A stretch of DNA of 64,000 nt from Candidatus Latescibacterota bacterium (GTDB taxonomy: Bacteria; Latescibacterota; UBA2968; UBA8231), in contig OZ220090.1 of NCBI GenBank assembly GCA_964291625.2, positions 864,001 to 928,000 of the forward strand. Reading direction: 5' to 3'. Positions 30,385-40,674 of the stretch are shown here, in pieces. The translations under genes and the position numbers were made by a program. Below the pieces are notes generated by a model that did not search any database, was not told the DNA's origin, and saw only the letters and a list, made by a program, of their open reading frames with translations. Position 1 is the first letter of the stretch; the number at the start of each line of letters is the position of its first letter.

Positions 30385-31596
30385 TCAGGCCGTCTTCCGC
30401 CGCAGGGTTTCCGGCACGAGGGTGGCCAGCAGCACCGCCCCGAGGACGCCCACCGCGGCGATCACGAGCGGCGCCGTGTGCAGGTCGGCCACCTCGCCCA
30501 CCCGGCCCACCACCACGGGGCCGGCCGCCGAGCCGCCGTCGCCGACGAGGCGCCACAGGCCGAGGAACTCCCCGCGTGCCCGGTCCGGAGAGAGGTCCGC
30601 CCCCAGGGTCATCATCGTCCCCGAGCCGAGGCCGTTGCCGATCCCGAAGGCCATGGCGGTCAGGCCCAGGGTCCAGAACGTCTCCGTCAGGGGGATCACG
30701 GCCATGGCCGCCGACTGGAGCAGGAAGGAAGGCACATAGGCGTACTTGCGCCCGCGGCGGTCCATGATCTGGCCGGCGGGTACGAACATGAGCATGTCCA
30801 GGGCGTACGACAGGCTGAGCATCAACCCCACGGCGCCCGTCTCCAGCCCCAGCACCTCCGCGGCGTAGAGGGGGATCACCGCCGTGCGGGCGCTGCGGAC
30901 CATCTGGCCGCAGAGCTGCCCCGAGCCGGCGCTGGCCAGCACCTTCCAGTGGCCTTTGAGAACCTGGGCCTGGCCCCGCAGGACCTGCCCCGCGGAGAGG
31001 CTGCCGCGAGGAGAGCCGCCTCTCTCCTTGACCCACCGGGCCGCCGCGGCCACGCCGGCCAGCCTCAGGAGTGCGACCAGCAGGAAAGGCACTCGCAGGC
31101 CGAAGGCCTCCGCCGCCAGACCCCCGAGGACCGGTCCCGCGAAGGAGGTGATGCGGCCGATCCCCCCGAAGACCGAGTAGATGCGGCCCCGCTGGGCCAC
31201 CGGCACCACGTCGGTCATGTAGGTGTGGCGGGCGATGTTCCACAGGGCCGTGAAAGCCCCGGCCAGGAGTCCGTAGGCGAGCAGCTCCAGCAGGCTCCGG
31301 GCCTGGAACATGGCCGCGGCCATGACCGCCATGCCGAGGCCGCCCACCATCATGGTGCGCTTCTGCCCGAAGCGGCGCGTGGCCATGCCGGCGGGTACGT
31401 CGAAGAGCAGGTTGCCCAGCCCCTCGGCGGCCAGCACGACGCCTACCAGGCTGTAGCCCGCATCGAAGGAGAGGGCGAAGAAGGGCAGCACGGGCATGAT
31501 CAGCCCGCGGCTGAGGGCGACGCAGCCCGAGGGCAGCCAGATGGAGAGCACCACCCGCCGGTTGACCAGCCGCGCCCTGGGAGGCCGGGAGGTCAC
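30385..31596 (-). CDS. MFS transporter
   Basis: About 12 hydrophobic segments, motif A-like GQIMDRRGRK; GTG start overlapping the sulfatase stop. Confidence 0.85.
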   Translation of the reverse strand: MTSRPPRARLVNRRVVLSIWLPSGCVALSRGLIMPVLPFFALSFDAGYSLVGVVLAAEGLGNLLFDVPAGMATRRFGQKRTMMVGGLGMAVMAAAMFQARSLLELLAYGLLAGAFTALWNIARHTYMTDVVPVAQRGRIYSVFGGIGRITSFAGPVLGGLAAEAFGLRVPFLLVALLRLAGVAAAARWVKERGGSPRGSLSAGQVLRGQAQVLKGHWKVLASAGSGQLCGQMVRSARTAVIPLYAAEVLGLETGAVGLMLSLSYALDMLMFVPAGQIMDRRGRKYAYVPSFLLQSAAMAVIPLTETFWTLGLTAMAFGIGNGLGSGTMMTLGADLSPDRARGEFLGLWRLVGDGGSAAGPVVVGRVGEVADLHTAPLVIAAVGVLGAVLLATLVPETLRRKTA

Positions 31597-32978
31597 GGAC
31601 GGCGGGACGGCGCGTTGTGCTCGTTGTTGCGGAAGGCCTCCGACTCGTAGTACGCGAAGTCGCGCCCGCCGGTGTCGCGCCACCAGGCGTCGGCCTGCTC
31701 CGCGAGGCGGCGCTCCACCCCGGCGTGCTCCGGTTGGCCGGCGAGGTTGGTCAGCTCGTGGGGGTCCGCCGCCAGGTGGTAGAGCTCGGCGGCCCCCGCC
31801 TCCTCCTCCCCGAAGTAGCGGACGAGCTTCCAGTCGCGGGTGCGCACCCCGTAGAAGGGGTGCACGCCCCAGTAGGCGGCGTAGTGCTCGAAGAACACGG
31901 CCTCCTCACCCTGCGGACGGGCGTCGGCGGCCAGCGCCCCGCACAGGTCTCCGTGAGGGAAGTCGGCCTCCACCCCCGCCAGGGCGGCGAGCGTGCCCGC
32001 CACCTGCACCGAGGAGACCAGGTCGTCCACCTGCCCCCGGCGGGGGCTCACGCCGCGGGGCGGCTTCAGGAGGAAGGGCACGCGGTAGAGCTCGTCGTAC
32101 GGCAGGGTCCCCTTCAGGCGCATGCCGTGGCCGGCCATCATGTCGCCGTGGTCGCTGACCACCGCCACGAGGGTGTCCTCCCACAGGCCGAGGCGGCGGA
32201 ACTCGCCGGCGACCTCGGCGAACTGGGCGTCGGTCCGGGCGATCATCGAGTAGTACCGGGCCAGCATGTCCCGCGCCTCGGCCTCGGAGCCGGCCCCGTG
32301 GGACCCGTCGGCCGCGTGGGCGGCCTGGAAGGCGGGCTTGTTCTCGAAGCTCTCCCCGTGGTAGCTGGCCGGCAGTTCCATCGAGTCGGCGTCGAAGCGG
32401 CCGCGGAAGGCGGGCTCGTGGAAGAAGGGCGGGTGCGGGAGGTTGGTCGAGAAGGTGAGGAACAGGGGCCGGCCGTCGGGCTCGTACTCGCGCAGCCAGG
32501 CCACCGTGTCCCGTGCGGCCACGTAGTCCCGGCGCAACCCCCGGGGCACGTCGGCGAGGCCGACCCGCTCCGCCTCGCCGTCGTCGACCCGGACCTCGTC
32601 GTGGTCGATCCCCTCGTCATACCCCAGGTCGGGCAGGGGCACGCCGAAGTGGCACTTGCCGAACCAGGCGGTGCGGTAGCCGGCCTCCCGGAAGACCCGC
32701 CCCAGGGTCGGGAACCGGGTCGGGGAGAGCCGGTTCTGGTGGCCGTGGAACCCGTAGTTGACGACCACGCCGCACTCGTGGGGGTAGCGGCCGGTGACGA
32801 GAGAAGCCCGGGACGGCACGCACTGGCCGTGGGCGCTGATCATGTGGGTGAAGCGGACCCCCTCGCCGGCCAGGGAGTCGAGGAAGGGGGTGTGGGCCGC
32901 CGGGTCGCCGGCGCAGCCCATGGGCGCCGCCTGCATCTGGTCGCAGATGAGGAGGAGGACGTTCGGGCGGCCGCTCAC
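31593..32978 (-). CDS. Sulfatase (Cys-type formylglycine)
   Basis: RPNVLLLICDQ, CVPSRASLVTGRYP, GKCH, PHPP, SDHGD. Confidence 0.92.
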   Translation of the reverse strand: MSGRPNVLLLICDQMQAAPMGCAGDPAAHTPFLDSLAGEGVRFTHMISAHGQCVPSRASLVTGRYPHECGVVVNYGFHGHQNRLSPTRFPTLGRVFREAGYRTAWFGKCHFGVPLPDLGYDEGIDHDEVRVDDGEAERVGLADVPRGLRRDYVAARDTVAWLREYEPDGRPLFLTFSTNLPHPPFFHEPAFRGRFDADSMELPASYHGESFENKPAFQAAHAADGSHGAGSEAEARDMLARYYSMIARTDAQFAEVAGEFRRLGLWEDTLVAVVSDHGDMMAGHGMRLKGTLPYDELYRVPFLLKPPRGVSPRRGQVDDLVSSVQVAGTLAALAGVEADFPHGDLCGALAADARPQGEEAVFFEHYAAYWGVHPFYGVRTRDWKLVRYFGEEEAGAAELYHLAADPHELTNLAGQPEHAGVERRLAEQADAWWRDTGGRDFAYYESEAFRNNEHNAPSRRP

Positions 32979-32979
32979 C

Positions 32980-33897
32980 TCAGACCCGCAGCCGCTCGAG
33001 CTCGTCCTCGGAGAGCTCGTCGTCGCCGGCGGCGGCGTTCATGGCGGCCTGCTCCGGCGACCTGGCGCCCGGGATGGCCACGGGGTTCACGGGGTGGGAG
33101 ATGACGTAGCCCAGGGCCGTGGAGACCATGTCCTGCGGCTCCACCCGCTCCCGCAGGCGGTCGACCTGCCGCAGCTGCTCCAGGTACTGCTCGCGGCCGG
33201 CGCCCCCCTCGTTGTACCCGGAGCGGATGTCGTCGGTGAAGACGCTCTCGGGGGTGTAGCGCCCCGACAGCAGGCCCTTGGCCAGGGGCCCCCGCACCAT
33301 GACCGCGATCTGCTGGGCCCGGCAGTAGGGCAGGAACTCCGCCTCGCAGCGGCGCTGGATGATCGACCAGTCGACCTGCACCACCTTGCAGCCGCCGTCG
33401 TGGTTGAAGCGCCGGAGCGCCTCCAGGCTGTTGGTGGAGATACCGTAGCAGCGCAGGCGGCCCTCCTCCTGGAGGGCGCGGAAGCCCTCGAGATAGACCG
33501 ACGGGTCCTCGATATCACCCTCGTGGCAGAGGAGGACGTCGTGGTAGTCGGTGCGCAGCCGGTGGAGGGAGGCGTGGGCACAGAGGCGGATCATGTCGGC
33601 CGAGGTCTTGGGCACCTCCTGACCGGTGCGCTTGCCCCAGTTGCCGATCTTGCTGACCACGTGGACCCGGTGGCGGATGCCGGCCAGGGCCCGTCCCAGC
33701 CGCTCCTCGGAGAGGCCGTTGGGGAGGCCGTAGGACTCGGCCGCGTCGAAGAGGTTCATGCCGTGGTCGAAGGCGGCGCGCACCGTGGCGAAGGCGGTGG
33801 GCTCGTCCACCGGCCCCCACTGATTGCCGATGTTCCAGGTCCCGAGGCCGATGGCCGAGACCTTCCATCCCGTGCGTCCGAAGTCCCGGTACAGCAT
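32980..33897 (-). CDS. Aldo/keto reductase
   Basis: VSAIGLGTW, FDAAESYG, SEERLG, SLHRLRTDY, PLAKGLLSG, IPGA. Confidence 0.92.
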   Translation of the reverse strand: MLYRDFGRTGWKVSAIGLGTWNIGNQWGPVDEPTAFATVRAAFDHGMNLFDAAESYGLPNGLSEERLGRALAGIRHRVHVVSKIGNWGKRTGQEVPKTSADMIRLCAHASLHRLRTDYHDVLLCHEGDIEDPSVYLEGFRALQEEGRLRCYGISTNSLEALRRFNHDGGCKVVQVDWSIIQRRCEAEFLPYCRAQQIAVMVRGPLAKGLLSGRYTPESVFTDDIRSGYNEGGAGREQYLEQLRQVDRLRERVEPQDMVSTALGYVISHPVNPVAIPGARSPEQAAMNAAAGDDELSEDELERLRV

Positions 33898-34034
33898 CAG
33901 AGCCTCTCCCCCGAGGTATATTCCCTGGTCATGGAAGCGCGATCCGAAGGCCGCGTCACCCGCCCCCGGGGCGCCGTGGCCGGCTCGAATCTAACGCCGC
34001 CCCCGGGCGGGCACCACGACGGCGGCGGCGCCCC

Positions 34035-35093
34035 GTGAAGGTCGCCCTCCTGCTCTCGGGCGGCGTCGACAGCTCCGTCGCCCTGCGCCTGCTCCAGGAG
34101 TCGGGGGAGCACGAGATCACCGCCTTCTACCTGAAGGTCTGGCTCGAGGACGAGGTCCACACCTTCGGCGGCGGCTGCCCCTGGGAGGAGGACCTGCGCT
34201 ACGTGCGCGCCACCTGCGAGGCCGCCGGCGTGCCCCTGCGGATCGTGCCCCTCCAGGCGGAGTACCGCGAGCGCGTCGTCGAGCAGGTCCTGGCCGAGCT
34301 GCGCCGCGGCGGCACCCCGAGTCCGGACATCCTCTGCAACCGGCGGGTCAAGTTCGGCGCCTTTCTGGACCACCTGGGCGGCGGCGGCGGGCGGGTCGCC
34401 TCCGGTCACTACGCCCGCGTCGAGCGGGGGCCCGAGGGCCGCTGCCGCCTCCTGCGCGGGGCCGACCCGGTCAAGGACCAGACCTACTTCCTCTCCCACG
34501 TCACCCAGGACCAGCTCTCGCGCCTGCTCTTCCCGGTGGGCCACCTGGCCAAGAGCGAGGTCCGCCGCCTGGCCCGCGACTTCGGCCTGCCGGCGCGCCG
34601 GCGCCCGGACAGCCAGGGGATCTGCTTCCTGGGCAAGATCGACTACCGGGAGTTCGTCGAATTCCACCTCGGACGGCGGCCGGGGGCGATCGTCGACGTT
34701 GACACGGGGCGCCGCCTCGGCGAGCACCAGGGGTACTGGTTCTACACCATCGGCCAGCGCTTCGGCCTCGGCCTGGGCGGCGGCCCCTGGTACGTGGTGG
34801 GCAAGGAGATCGAGGAGAACGTGATCCGCGTCGTCCACGGCGACCGCCGGCGGCAGCGCAGCCGCCGCGTCCTCGAGGTGGCCGGGGCCAACTGGATCGA
34901 CGGGCCTCCGTCCGCGGAGAGACTGCAGGTCCGGCTCCGCCACGGCCCCGGCAGCCCCGGCTGCCTCCTGGAGCCGCTCGGCCCCGGCCGCTGGCGCCTC
35001 ACCCTCGACGAGGCCGACCCGGGTGTGGCCCCCGGCCAGCACGCCGTCCTCTACGACGGCGAGGTCTGCCTCGGCGGCGCCGTCATCTGCTGA
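34035..35093 (+). CDS. mnmA: tRNA-specific 2-thiouridylase
   Basis: SGGVDSS, TPSPDILCNRRVKFG, SGHYAR, KDQTYFL, DSQGICF, YTIGQR, APGQ. Confidence 0.95.
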   Translation: MKVALLLSGGVDSSVALRLLQESGEHEITAFYLKVWLEDEVHTFGGGCPWEEDLRYVRATCEAAGVPLRIVPLQAEYRERVVEQVLAELRRGGTPSPDILCNRRVKFGAFLDHLGGGGGRVASGHYARVERGPEGRCRLLRGADPVKDQTYFLSHVTQDQLSRLLFPVGHLAKSEVRRLARDFGLPARRRPDSQGICFLGKIDYREFVEFHLGRRPGAIVDVDTGRRLGEHQGYWFYTIGQRFGLGLGGGPWYVVGKEIEENVIRVVHGDRRRQRSRRVLEVAGANWIDGPPSAERLQVRLRHGPGSPGCLLEPLGPGRWRLTLDEADPGVAPGQHAVLYDGEVCLGGAVIC

Positions 35094-35095
35094 CC

Positions 35096-35875
35096 ATGGC
35101 GGCCTCGGAGGGGACCGGCCCCGAGCGGCTGGCGGCGCTCCTGCGCCCGGCGTCGCGGATCTTCCTGTTCACCGGGGCCGGCATCTCCACGGGCAGCGGC
35201 ATCCCCGACTTCCGCGGACCCCGGGGGGTGTGGAGGACCCGGCGCCCCGTGTACTACCAGGACTTCCTGCGCTCCGAGGAGGCCCGCGTCGAGCACTGGG
35301 ACTTCAAGCTCGAGGGCTGGGCGGTCTTCCGCGACGCCGAGCCGACCCCCGCCCACGAGGCGGTCGCCTCCCTGGAGCGGGCCGGCAAGGTCGGCCTCGT
35401 GGTCACCCAGAACGTGGACGGCCTCCACGCCCGGGCCGGCACCTCCCGGGAGCGCCTCGTGGAGATCCACGGCACCAACACCGAGGTCGAGTGCCTCACC
35501 TGCGGGGCCCGCTCCGACCCGGAGCCGCACCTCGAGGCCTTCCGGAGCACCCGGGTGCCGCCCCGCTGTGCCTGCGGCGGCCTGCTGAAGTCGGCCACCA
35601 TCAGCTTCGGCCAGGACCTGGTCGCCGCCGATCTCGAGCGCGCCGGCGCCGGCGCCCGCAGCGCGGACCTGGCCGTCTCCCTCGGCTCGACCCTGTCCGT
35701 GTACCCCGCCGCCTCCCTGCCCCTGGCGGCGGCTGCCGGCGGGGCTCCCTACGCCGTCGTCAACCGCGGCGGGACCGAGCACGACGGCCGTCCCGAGGTC
35801 ACCCTGCGCCTGGAAGGCGACGTGCAGGAGCTGTTCCCGCCGGCGGTGGAGGCGGCCCTCGCCGTCGGCGGCTGA
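35096..35875 (+). CDS. Sir2-family NAD-dependent deacylase
   Basis: TGAGISTGSGIPDFRG, TQNVDGLH, EIHG, CxxC...CxC zinc site, GSTL.VYPAA. Confidence 0.92.
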   Translation: MAASEGTGPERLAALLRPASRIFLFTGAGISTGSGIPDFRGPRGVWRTRRPVYYQDFLRSEEARVEHWDFKLEGWAVFRDAEPTPAHEAVASLERAGKVGLVVTQNVDGLHARAGTSRERLVEIHGTNTEVECLTCGARSDPEPHLEAFRSTRVPPRCACGGLLKSATISFGQDLVAADLERAGAGARSADLAVSLGSTLSVYPAASLPLAAAAGGAPYAVVNRGGTEHDGRPEVTLRLEGDVQELFPPAVEAALAVGG

Positions 35876-35896
35876 TCCGGGGACGCGGTCCGGCCA

Positions 35897-36256
35897 CCCC
35901 GGGCCCGGTCTCTCCGCGGGGAGCGGGTCACGCAGATTGGCGGGCCTCCGGGGGGGCACTTGGCCCCGGGGCCATGGGGCACCGTCCGGCATCCCGGATC
36001 CCGGGGCCATGGAGGCTTCCTCGCTCCCCGTTCCCTGTCTGGTTTCCGCCAGGTTCCCCGGCGCCCACCTCGCGCCCGTCTCCGGCCACCTCCGCCGATT
36101 CTCTGGCACCTCCCCGGCGCCCAACTGGCGCGCCTCCCGTGTCCTGTCTCCCGACGCCTCCCTGGCGGAAGCTTCCCGACACCACCAGGCATCCCCGGGC
36201 CGCGGTCTCTCCGCCGGCAGCGGGTCCCGCAGATTGCCGGCCCCTGGGGGCCCTGG
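35897..36256. repeat. About 60-bp imperfect direct repeat (35897-35960 and 36193-36256) in a 457-bp intergenic region
   Basis: CCCCGGGCC(G)CGGTCTCTCCGC..G.AGCGGGTC.CGCAGATTG.CGG occurs twice. Confidence 0.7.
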
Positions 36257-36332
36257 ATGGAGCCAAGCCAACCCGAGCCTTGTCCTCCGGCCTCCCGGGA
36301 CGGGCGACCGGCGCCGCCCTATCTTCCCCGCC

Positions 36333-37082
36333 ATGGAACAGTCAGAGACCCAGGAGACCCCCTACCGCGCCCTCACGGCGACACAGGTCGAGAGCTTCCG
36401 GCGGCAGGGGTTCGTGATCCCCGGCCTCCAGCTGGAGGCCGAGGAGGTGGAGTCCCTCGGCCGCGAGTACGACCGCGTCTTCGCCGAGGCCCGCGAGTCC
36501 GAGCGCTTCCGCAATCTCTCCGGCGAGGACGCCGGCGACGAGATGCTGCAGATCACCCAGGTCTGCGAGCGCAGCCTCGACTTCCGCCGCCTCCTGTACC
36601 ACCCGCGGATCCTCGACGTGGCGGAGGACCTGATCGGCCCCAACATCCAGCTCTTCCACGACCAGGCCCTCTACAAGCCGGCCCACCACGGCGGGCCCAT
36701 CCACTGGCACCAGGACAACGCCTACTGGCAGTGCCTGCCCGCGGACCTGGTGAGCTGCTGGCTCACCTTCGACGACGTGGACGCCGACAACGGCGCCATG
36801 CACGTGATCCCGGGCTCGCACATGGCGCCGGTCGAGCACCAGCGCGGAGACGTGCTCCTCGACGCCGGCGGCGACGACGCCGACTCCGCCTTCGTCGCCG
36901 AGCTGCCGGCGGGGGGGATCATGTTCCACCACTGCCAGACCCTGCACCACACCCGGCCGAACCGCACCGGCCGCCGGCGACGCGCCTTCGCCATCCACTA
37001 CATGCGGCCGGGGACCCGTTCCGCCCACGCGGGAGAGATGCCGATCAGCTTCTCCCGGCCGCTGTTACGCTGCCGGATCTGA
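36333..37082 (+). CDS. PhyH-family Fe(II)/2OG dioxygenase
   Basis: WHQDNAYW, NGAMHVIPGSH, HHCQTLH, RRAFAIHY. Confidence 0.9.
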   Translation: MEQSETQETPYRALTATQVESFRRQGFVIPGLQLEAEEVESLGREYDRVFAEARESERFRNLSGEDAGDEMLQITQVCERSLDFRRLLYHPRILDVAEDLIGPNIQLFHDQALYKPAHHGGPIHWHQDNAYWQCLPADLVSCWLTFDDVDADNGAMHVIPGSHMAPVEHQRGDVLLDAGGDDADSAFVAELPAGGIMFHHCQTLHHTRPNRTGRRRRAFAIHYMRPGTRSAHAGEMPISFSRPLLRCRI

Positions 37083-37148
37083 TTCTTTCTGTGAAGTCGC
37101 ACGGCGCCGCCCCCGCCCTCCGTTACGCTGCTGGATCCAACCCTTGAC

Positions 37149-38603
37149 ATGAGATTCCGCGGCGCCCCTCCCGGACCCGCTCTCGAGGACCTGCGGGAGA
37201 TCCTCGGGGACCGCCTGAGCACCTCCGCCGCCGACCGCGGGGCCCGCGCCCGGGACGCCTCCCACCACCGCCCGGAGGCGCCCGACGCCGTCGCCTTCCC
37301 TACCTCCACCGAAGAGGTCGCCCGCGTCCTGGCCGTCTGCCACGCCCACCGCTTCCCCGTCATCCCCCACGGGGCCGGCACCGCCGTCGAAGGCGGGATC
37401 GTCGCCGTCCACGGCGGCCTCTGCCTGGACCTGCGGCGCATGGACCGCATCGTCGAGGTCAACGGCGCCGACATGGACGCCCGCGTCGAGGCCGGCGTGC
37501 GCCGCAAGCAGCTCAACCGCCACCTCGAGGAGACCGGCACCGGGCTGCACTTCCCCGTCGATCCCGGGGCCGACGCCACCCTGGGCGGGATGGCCGCCAC
37601 CCGCGCCTCCGGCACCGAGGCCGTGGGCTACGGCACCATGCGCGAGAACGTCCTCGGCCTGACAGCGGTCCTCGCCGACGGCCGCGTGGTGCGCACCGGC
37701 ACGCGGGCCCGCAAGTCCTCCGCCGGGTACGATCTGACCCGCCTCCTCGTCGGCTCCGAGGGCACCCTCGCCGTGATCACCGAGGTCGGTCTGCGCCTGG
37801 CGCCGGTGCCGCCGGCCACGGCGGCCGCCGTCTGCCCCTTCCCCACGGTGGCGGCGGCCGTGGACTGCGCCCTCGAGCTGCTGCCGGGTCCGGCGCCGGC
37901 CCGCTGCGAGCTGCTCGACGAGGTGCAGATGGAGGCCACCCGCCGCTACGCCGGGCTCGACCACGAGCCGCTGCCGACCCTGTTCCTGGAGTTCCACGGC
38001 ACCGCCGGGCGGGTCGAGGAGGCCGCCCGGGCCGCGGACGGGATCGCCTCCCGCTTCGGCGGCGGGCCCTTCCGCTGGGCCACCGAGCGGGCCGAGCGCG
38101 AGCGCCTCTGGCAGGCGCGGCACGACGGCTATTACGCCAGCCTGGCCCTGCGCCCGGGCTCGGTGGGCTACGTCACCGACGTCTGCGTGCCGGTGTCGAG
38201 CCTGGCCGAGTGCATCGAGCGCACCCGGCGCGAGATCGACGCCTGCGGCCTGACGGCGCCCCTCTACGGCCACGTGGGGGACGGCAACTTCCACGTGGTG
38301 GTCCTCATCGACCCGGACGATCCCGGGGAGCTGGCCGTGGCCCGCGGCCTCGGCGAACGGATCGTCGATCACGCCCTCGACCTGGGCGGCACCTGCAGCG
38401 GCGAGCACGGCATCGGCCTCGGCAAGGTCGACGCCCTGGAGCGCGAGTGCGGCGAGGCCGTGGAGGTCATGGCCGCCATCAAGTCGGCCCTCGACCCGGC
38501 GGGCATCCTCAACCCCGGCAAGGTGCTGCGGCCCCGGGGGGATTGTGCTATCGTAGGCCGCCCCGAACCGCCCCCGAACCCCATTCAGGCCACGAATCCA
38601 TGA
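37149..38603 (+). CDS. FAD-linked oxidase (D-lactate dehydrogenase/GlcD family)
   Basis: PVDPGADATLGGM, KSSAGYDL, GSEGTL, GHVGDGNFH, SGEHGIG, LNPGK. Confidence 0.9.
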   Translation: MRFRGAPPGPALEDLREILGDRLSTSAADRGARARDASHHRPEAPDAVAFPTSTEEVARVLAVCHAHRFPVIPHGAGTAVEGGIVAVHGGLCLDLRRMDRIVEVNGADMDARVEAGVRRKQLNRHLEETGTGLHFPVDPGADATLGGMAATRASGTEAVGYGTMRENVLGLTAVLADGRVVRTGTRARKSSAGYDLTRLLVGSEGTLAVITEVGLRLAPVPPATAAAVCPFPTVAAAVDCALELLPGPAPARCELLDEVQMEATRRYAGLDHEPLPTLFLEFHGTAGRVEEAARAADGIASRFGGGPFRWATERAERERLWQARHDGYYASLALRPGSVGYVTDVCVPVSSLAECIERTRREIDACGLTAPLYGHVGDGNFHVVVLIDPDDPGELAVARGLGERIVDHALDLGGTCSGEHGIGLGKVDALERECGEAVEVMAAIKSALDPAGILNPGKVLRPRGDCAIVGRPEPPPNPIQATNP

Positions 38604-39817
38604 AGATCACCGACGTCGAGACGATCCTCATCAACCCGAAGCTGGCGGCGCGCAACGCCGGCCAGAAACCCCGCTTCACCGGCATCGACACGCAGACGAT
38701 CTACAAGGTCGTCCTCGATAACGGCGTCGTCGGCTGGGGCGACACGCGCGGCCACGCCCCCATCTCCGACGACGGCAGGGCGGCCCTGGTGGGGACGAAC
38801 CCGGTCCTGCACCTCTCCGCCGACCATCCCACCGGGCTTCACGGCGCCCTCTACGACGCCGTCGGCAAGAGCCTGGAGGTGCCCGCCTGGGCGCTGATGG
38901 GCCGCAAGCACCGGGACCGGGTCCCCGTCGCCGCCTGGACCCGCCCCGCCTCCCCCGAGGACCTGGCCGCCGAGGTGCAGCGCTCGGTGGACGAGGGCTA
39001 CATGTACTTCAAGATCCACACCTGCGACTACTACTGCGTCATCGAGCAGACCCGGGCCGTGGAGGACGTGGCGCCCGCCGGCTTCAAGATGCACTACGAC
39101 TTCAACCACAACCGCACCTCGACGTCGGTGATGCGCCTCGTCGACGAGATCGAGAAGTCGTGGGTCGTGGGGGTGCTGGAGGACCCCCTCGTCTGGCGCG
39201 ACGTCGACGGCTGGCGGCGGCTCCGGGAGAAGACCTCCCTGCCCCTGCTCATGCACGTGCCCGCCCTCGGCGCCGGCCCCGAGATCATCAACGGCTGCGC
39301 CGACCTCTACATGGTCGGCGAGCACGGCATCCCCCTCTCCATCCGCCGAGGCTACGCCTGCGCCGAGGCCAACGTCTCCACCGTCATCCAGCTCACCGGG
39401 GGCACCCTGAGCAAGGCGATGGGCCTGCACCTGGCGGCGGTCCTGCCCAACGTGAGCCACATGACCAACCTCGACGACCAGTACGACGAGGACGTCACCG
39501 GGGGCCGCATCGAGGTCGCCGAGGGCAGCTCCCCGATCCCCGACGGACCCGGCCTCGGCGTCGAGGTGGACGAGTCCGAGCTCGAGCGCATCCGCCGGAA
39601 CCCGAAGACCGTGATCCCGCAGCACATCTGCGTCCTCCACATGCCGCGGGGCGGCCGCTACTACACGCGGGGCTACCCCGGCGTCGAGAGGATGACCGGC
39701 TTCCCCGAGGGCAACGTCCGCGGGATCCGCCTCGAGGTGTGGGAGGAAGACGGCTCCGAGGAGTGGCAGCGGAGGTGGGAGGGCCTGGCCGGCGGCTGGG
39801 TGCTGGAGCGGAGCTGA
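38600..39817 (+). CDS. Mandelate racemase/muconate lactonizing enzyme family protein (paralog of 3490-4713)
   Basis: MKITDVE, AAWTRP, GFKMHYDFNHNR, EDPL.W.DVDGW, LDDQY, PGLGVEVD. Confidence 0.85.
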   Translation: MKITDVETILINPKLAARNAGQKPRFTGIDTQTIYKVVLDNGVVGWGDTRGHAPISDDGRAALVGTNPVLHLSADHPTGLHGALYDAVGKSLEVPAWALMGRKHRDRVPVAAWTRPASPEDLAAEVQRSVDEGYMYFKIHTCDYYCVIEQTRAVEDVAPAGFKMHYDFNHNRTSTSVMRLVDEIEKSWVVGVLEDPLVWRDVDGWRRLREKTSLPLLMHVPALGAGPEIINGCADLYMVGEHGIPLSIRRGYACAEANVSTVIQLTGGTLSKAMGLHLAAVLPNVSHMTNLDDQYDEDVTGGRIEVAEGSSPIPDGPGLGVEVDESELERIRRNPKTVIPQHICVLHMPRGGRYYTRGYPGVERMTGFPEGNVRGIRLEVWEEDGSEEWQRRWEGLAGGWVLERS

Positions 39818-39837
39818 CGGGGCCCGCCCAGGACCTC

Positions 39838-40674
39838 GTGACGCACGGGCCCCGCTTCGAGCCGGAGGTCTTCCCGCCCGGGGGCGACCTCGGCCGTTGC
39901 CTGTTCTTCGCCTTCCGCGGCGACCGCCTCCTCTTCCGCCCGGAGCCGGCCGACGGCGACGGCCTGCTGCCGAGGGCGGCCTCCTTCGACGAGATCGGCG
40001 CCGCCGCCGGGGACCCCCACTACCTCGGCCGGCGCGGCGGCCTCCACAGCTTCGCGGTGGATCTCGGCGACGACGCCGAGCCGCCGGCGGGCATGGACCT
40101 GCAGGGCCTGCGCAGCCTCTACGGCGCCCTCGACGAGGAGACCTTCCGCCTCGCCGGGCGCGCCTTCCAGATCCTCGACTGGGACCGCACCCACCGGTTC
40201 TGCGGCCGCTGCGGCGCCGCCACCCGCCCCCACGAGCGTGACCGCGCCCGCCAGTGCCCGGACTGCGGCCTCCTCTGCTTCCCGCGGGTGGCGCCGGCGG
40301 TGATCACCCTGATCCACAAGGGCGACGAGTTCCTGCTGGCGCGCAACGCCCGCTTCCCCCGGGGCCGCTACTCGATCATCGCCGGCTTCGTCGAGCCCGG
40401 CGAGACCCTGGAGGAGGCCGTGGCCCGCGAGATCCGCGAGGAGGTGGGCCTCGAGGTCACGGAGATCGCCTACCAGTCGAGCCAGCCCTGGCCCTTCCCG
40501 CACTCGCTCATGGTGGGGTTCCGGGCGCGCTGGGCCGGCGGCGAGATCGCCGTCGACGACGACGAGATCGTCGACGCCGGCTGGTACAGCGCCCGCCGCC
40601 TGCCGCCGTCGCTGCCCGACCCGATCAGCATCTCCCGGCGCCTGATCGACGCCTTCCTCGCCGAGCATCCGTGA
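39838..40674 (+). CDS. nudC: NADH pyrophosphatase (Nudix)
   Basis: FCGRCG...CPDC zinc ribbon, AGFVEPGETLEEAVAREIREEVG Nudix box, SQPWPFPHSLM. Confidence 0.93.
   Translation: MTHGPRFEPEVFPPGGDLGRCLFFAFRGDRLLFRPEPADGDGLLPRAASFDEIGAAAGDPHYLGRRGGLHSFAVDLGDDAEPPAGMDLQGLRSLYGALDEETFRLAGRAFQILDWDRTHRFCGRCGAATRPHERDRARQCPDCGLLCFPRVAPAVITLIHKGDEFLLARNARFPRGRYSIIAGFVEPGETLEEAVAREIREEVGLEVTEIAYQSSQPWPFPHSLMVGFRARWAGGEIAVDDDEIVDAGWYSARRLPPSLPDPISISRRLIDAFLAEHP

Noticed and set aside
35096-35875. Sir2 as an anti-phage (Thoeris/DSR) effector
   Set aside because: Canonical zinc-binding sirtuin deacylase coupled to mnmA; no defence partners
35937-36332. N-terminal extension of the PhyH ORF
   Set aside because: Low-complexity translation of the repeat region; family similarity begins near ATG 36333
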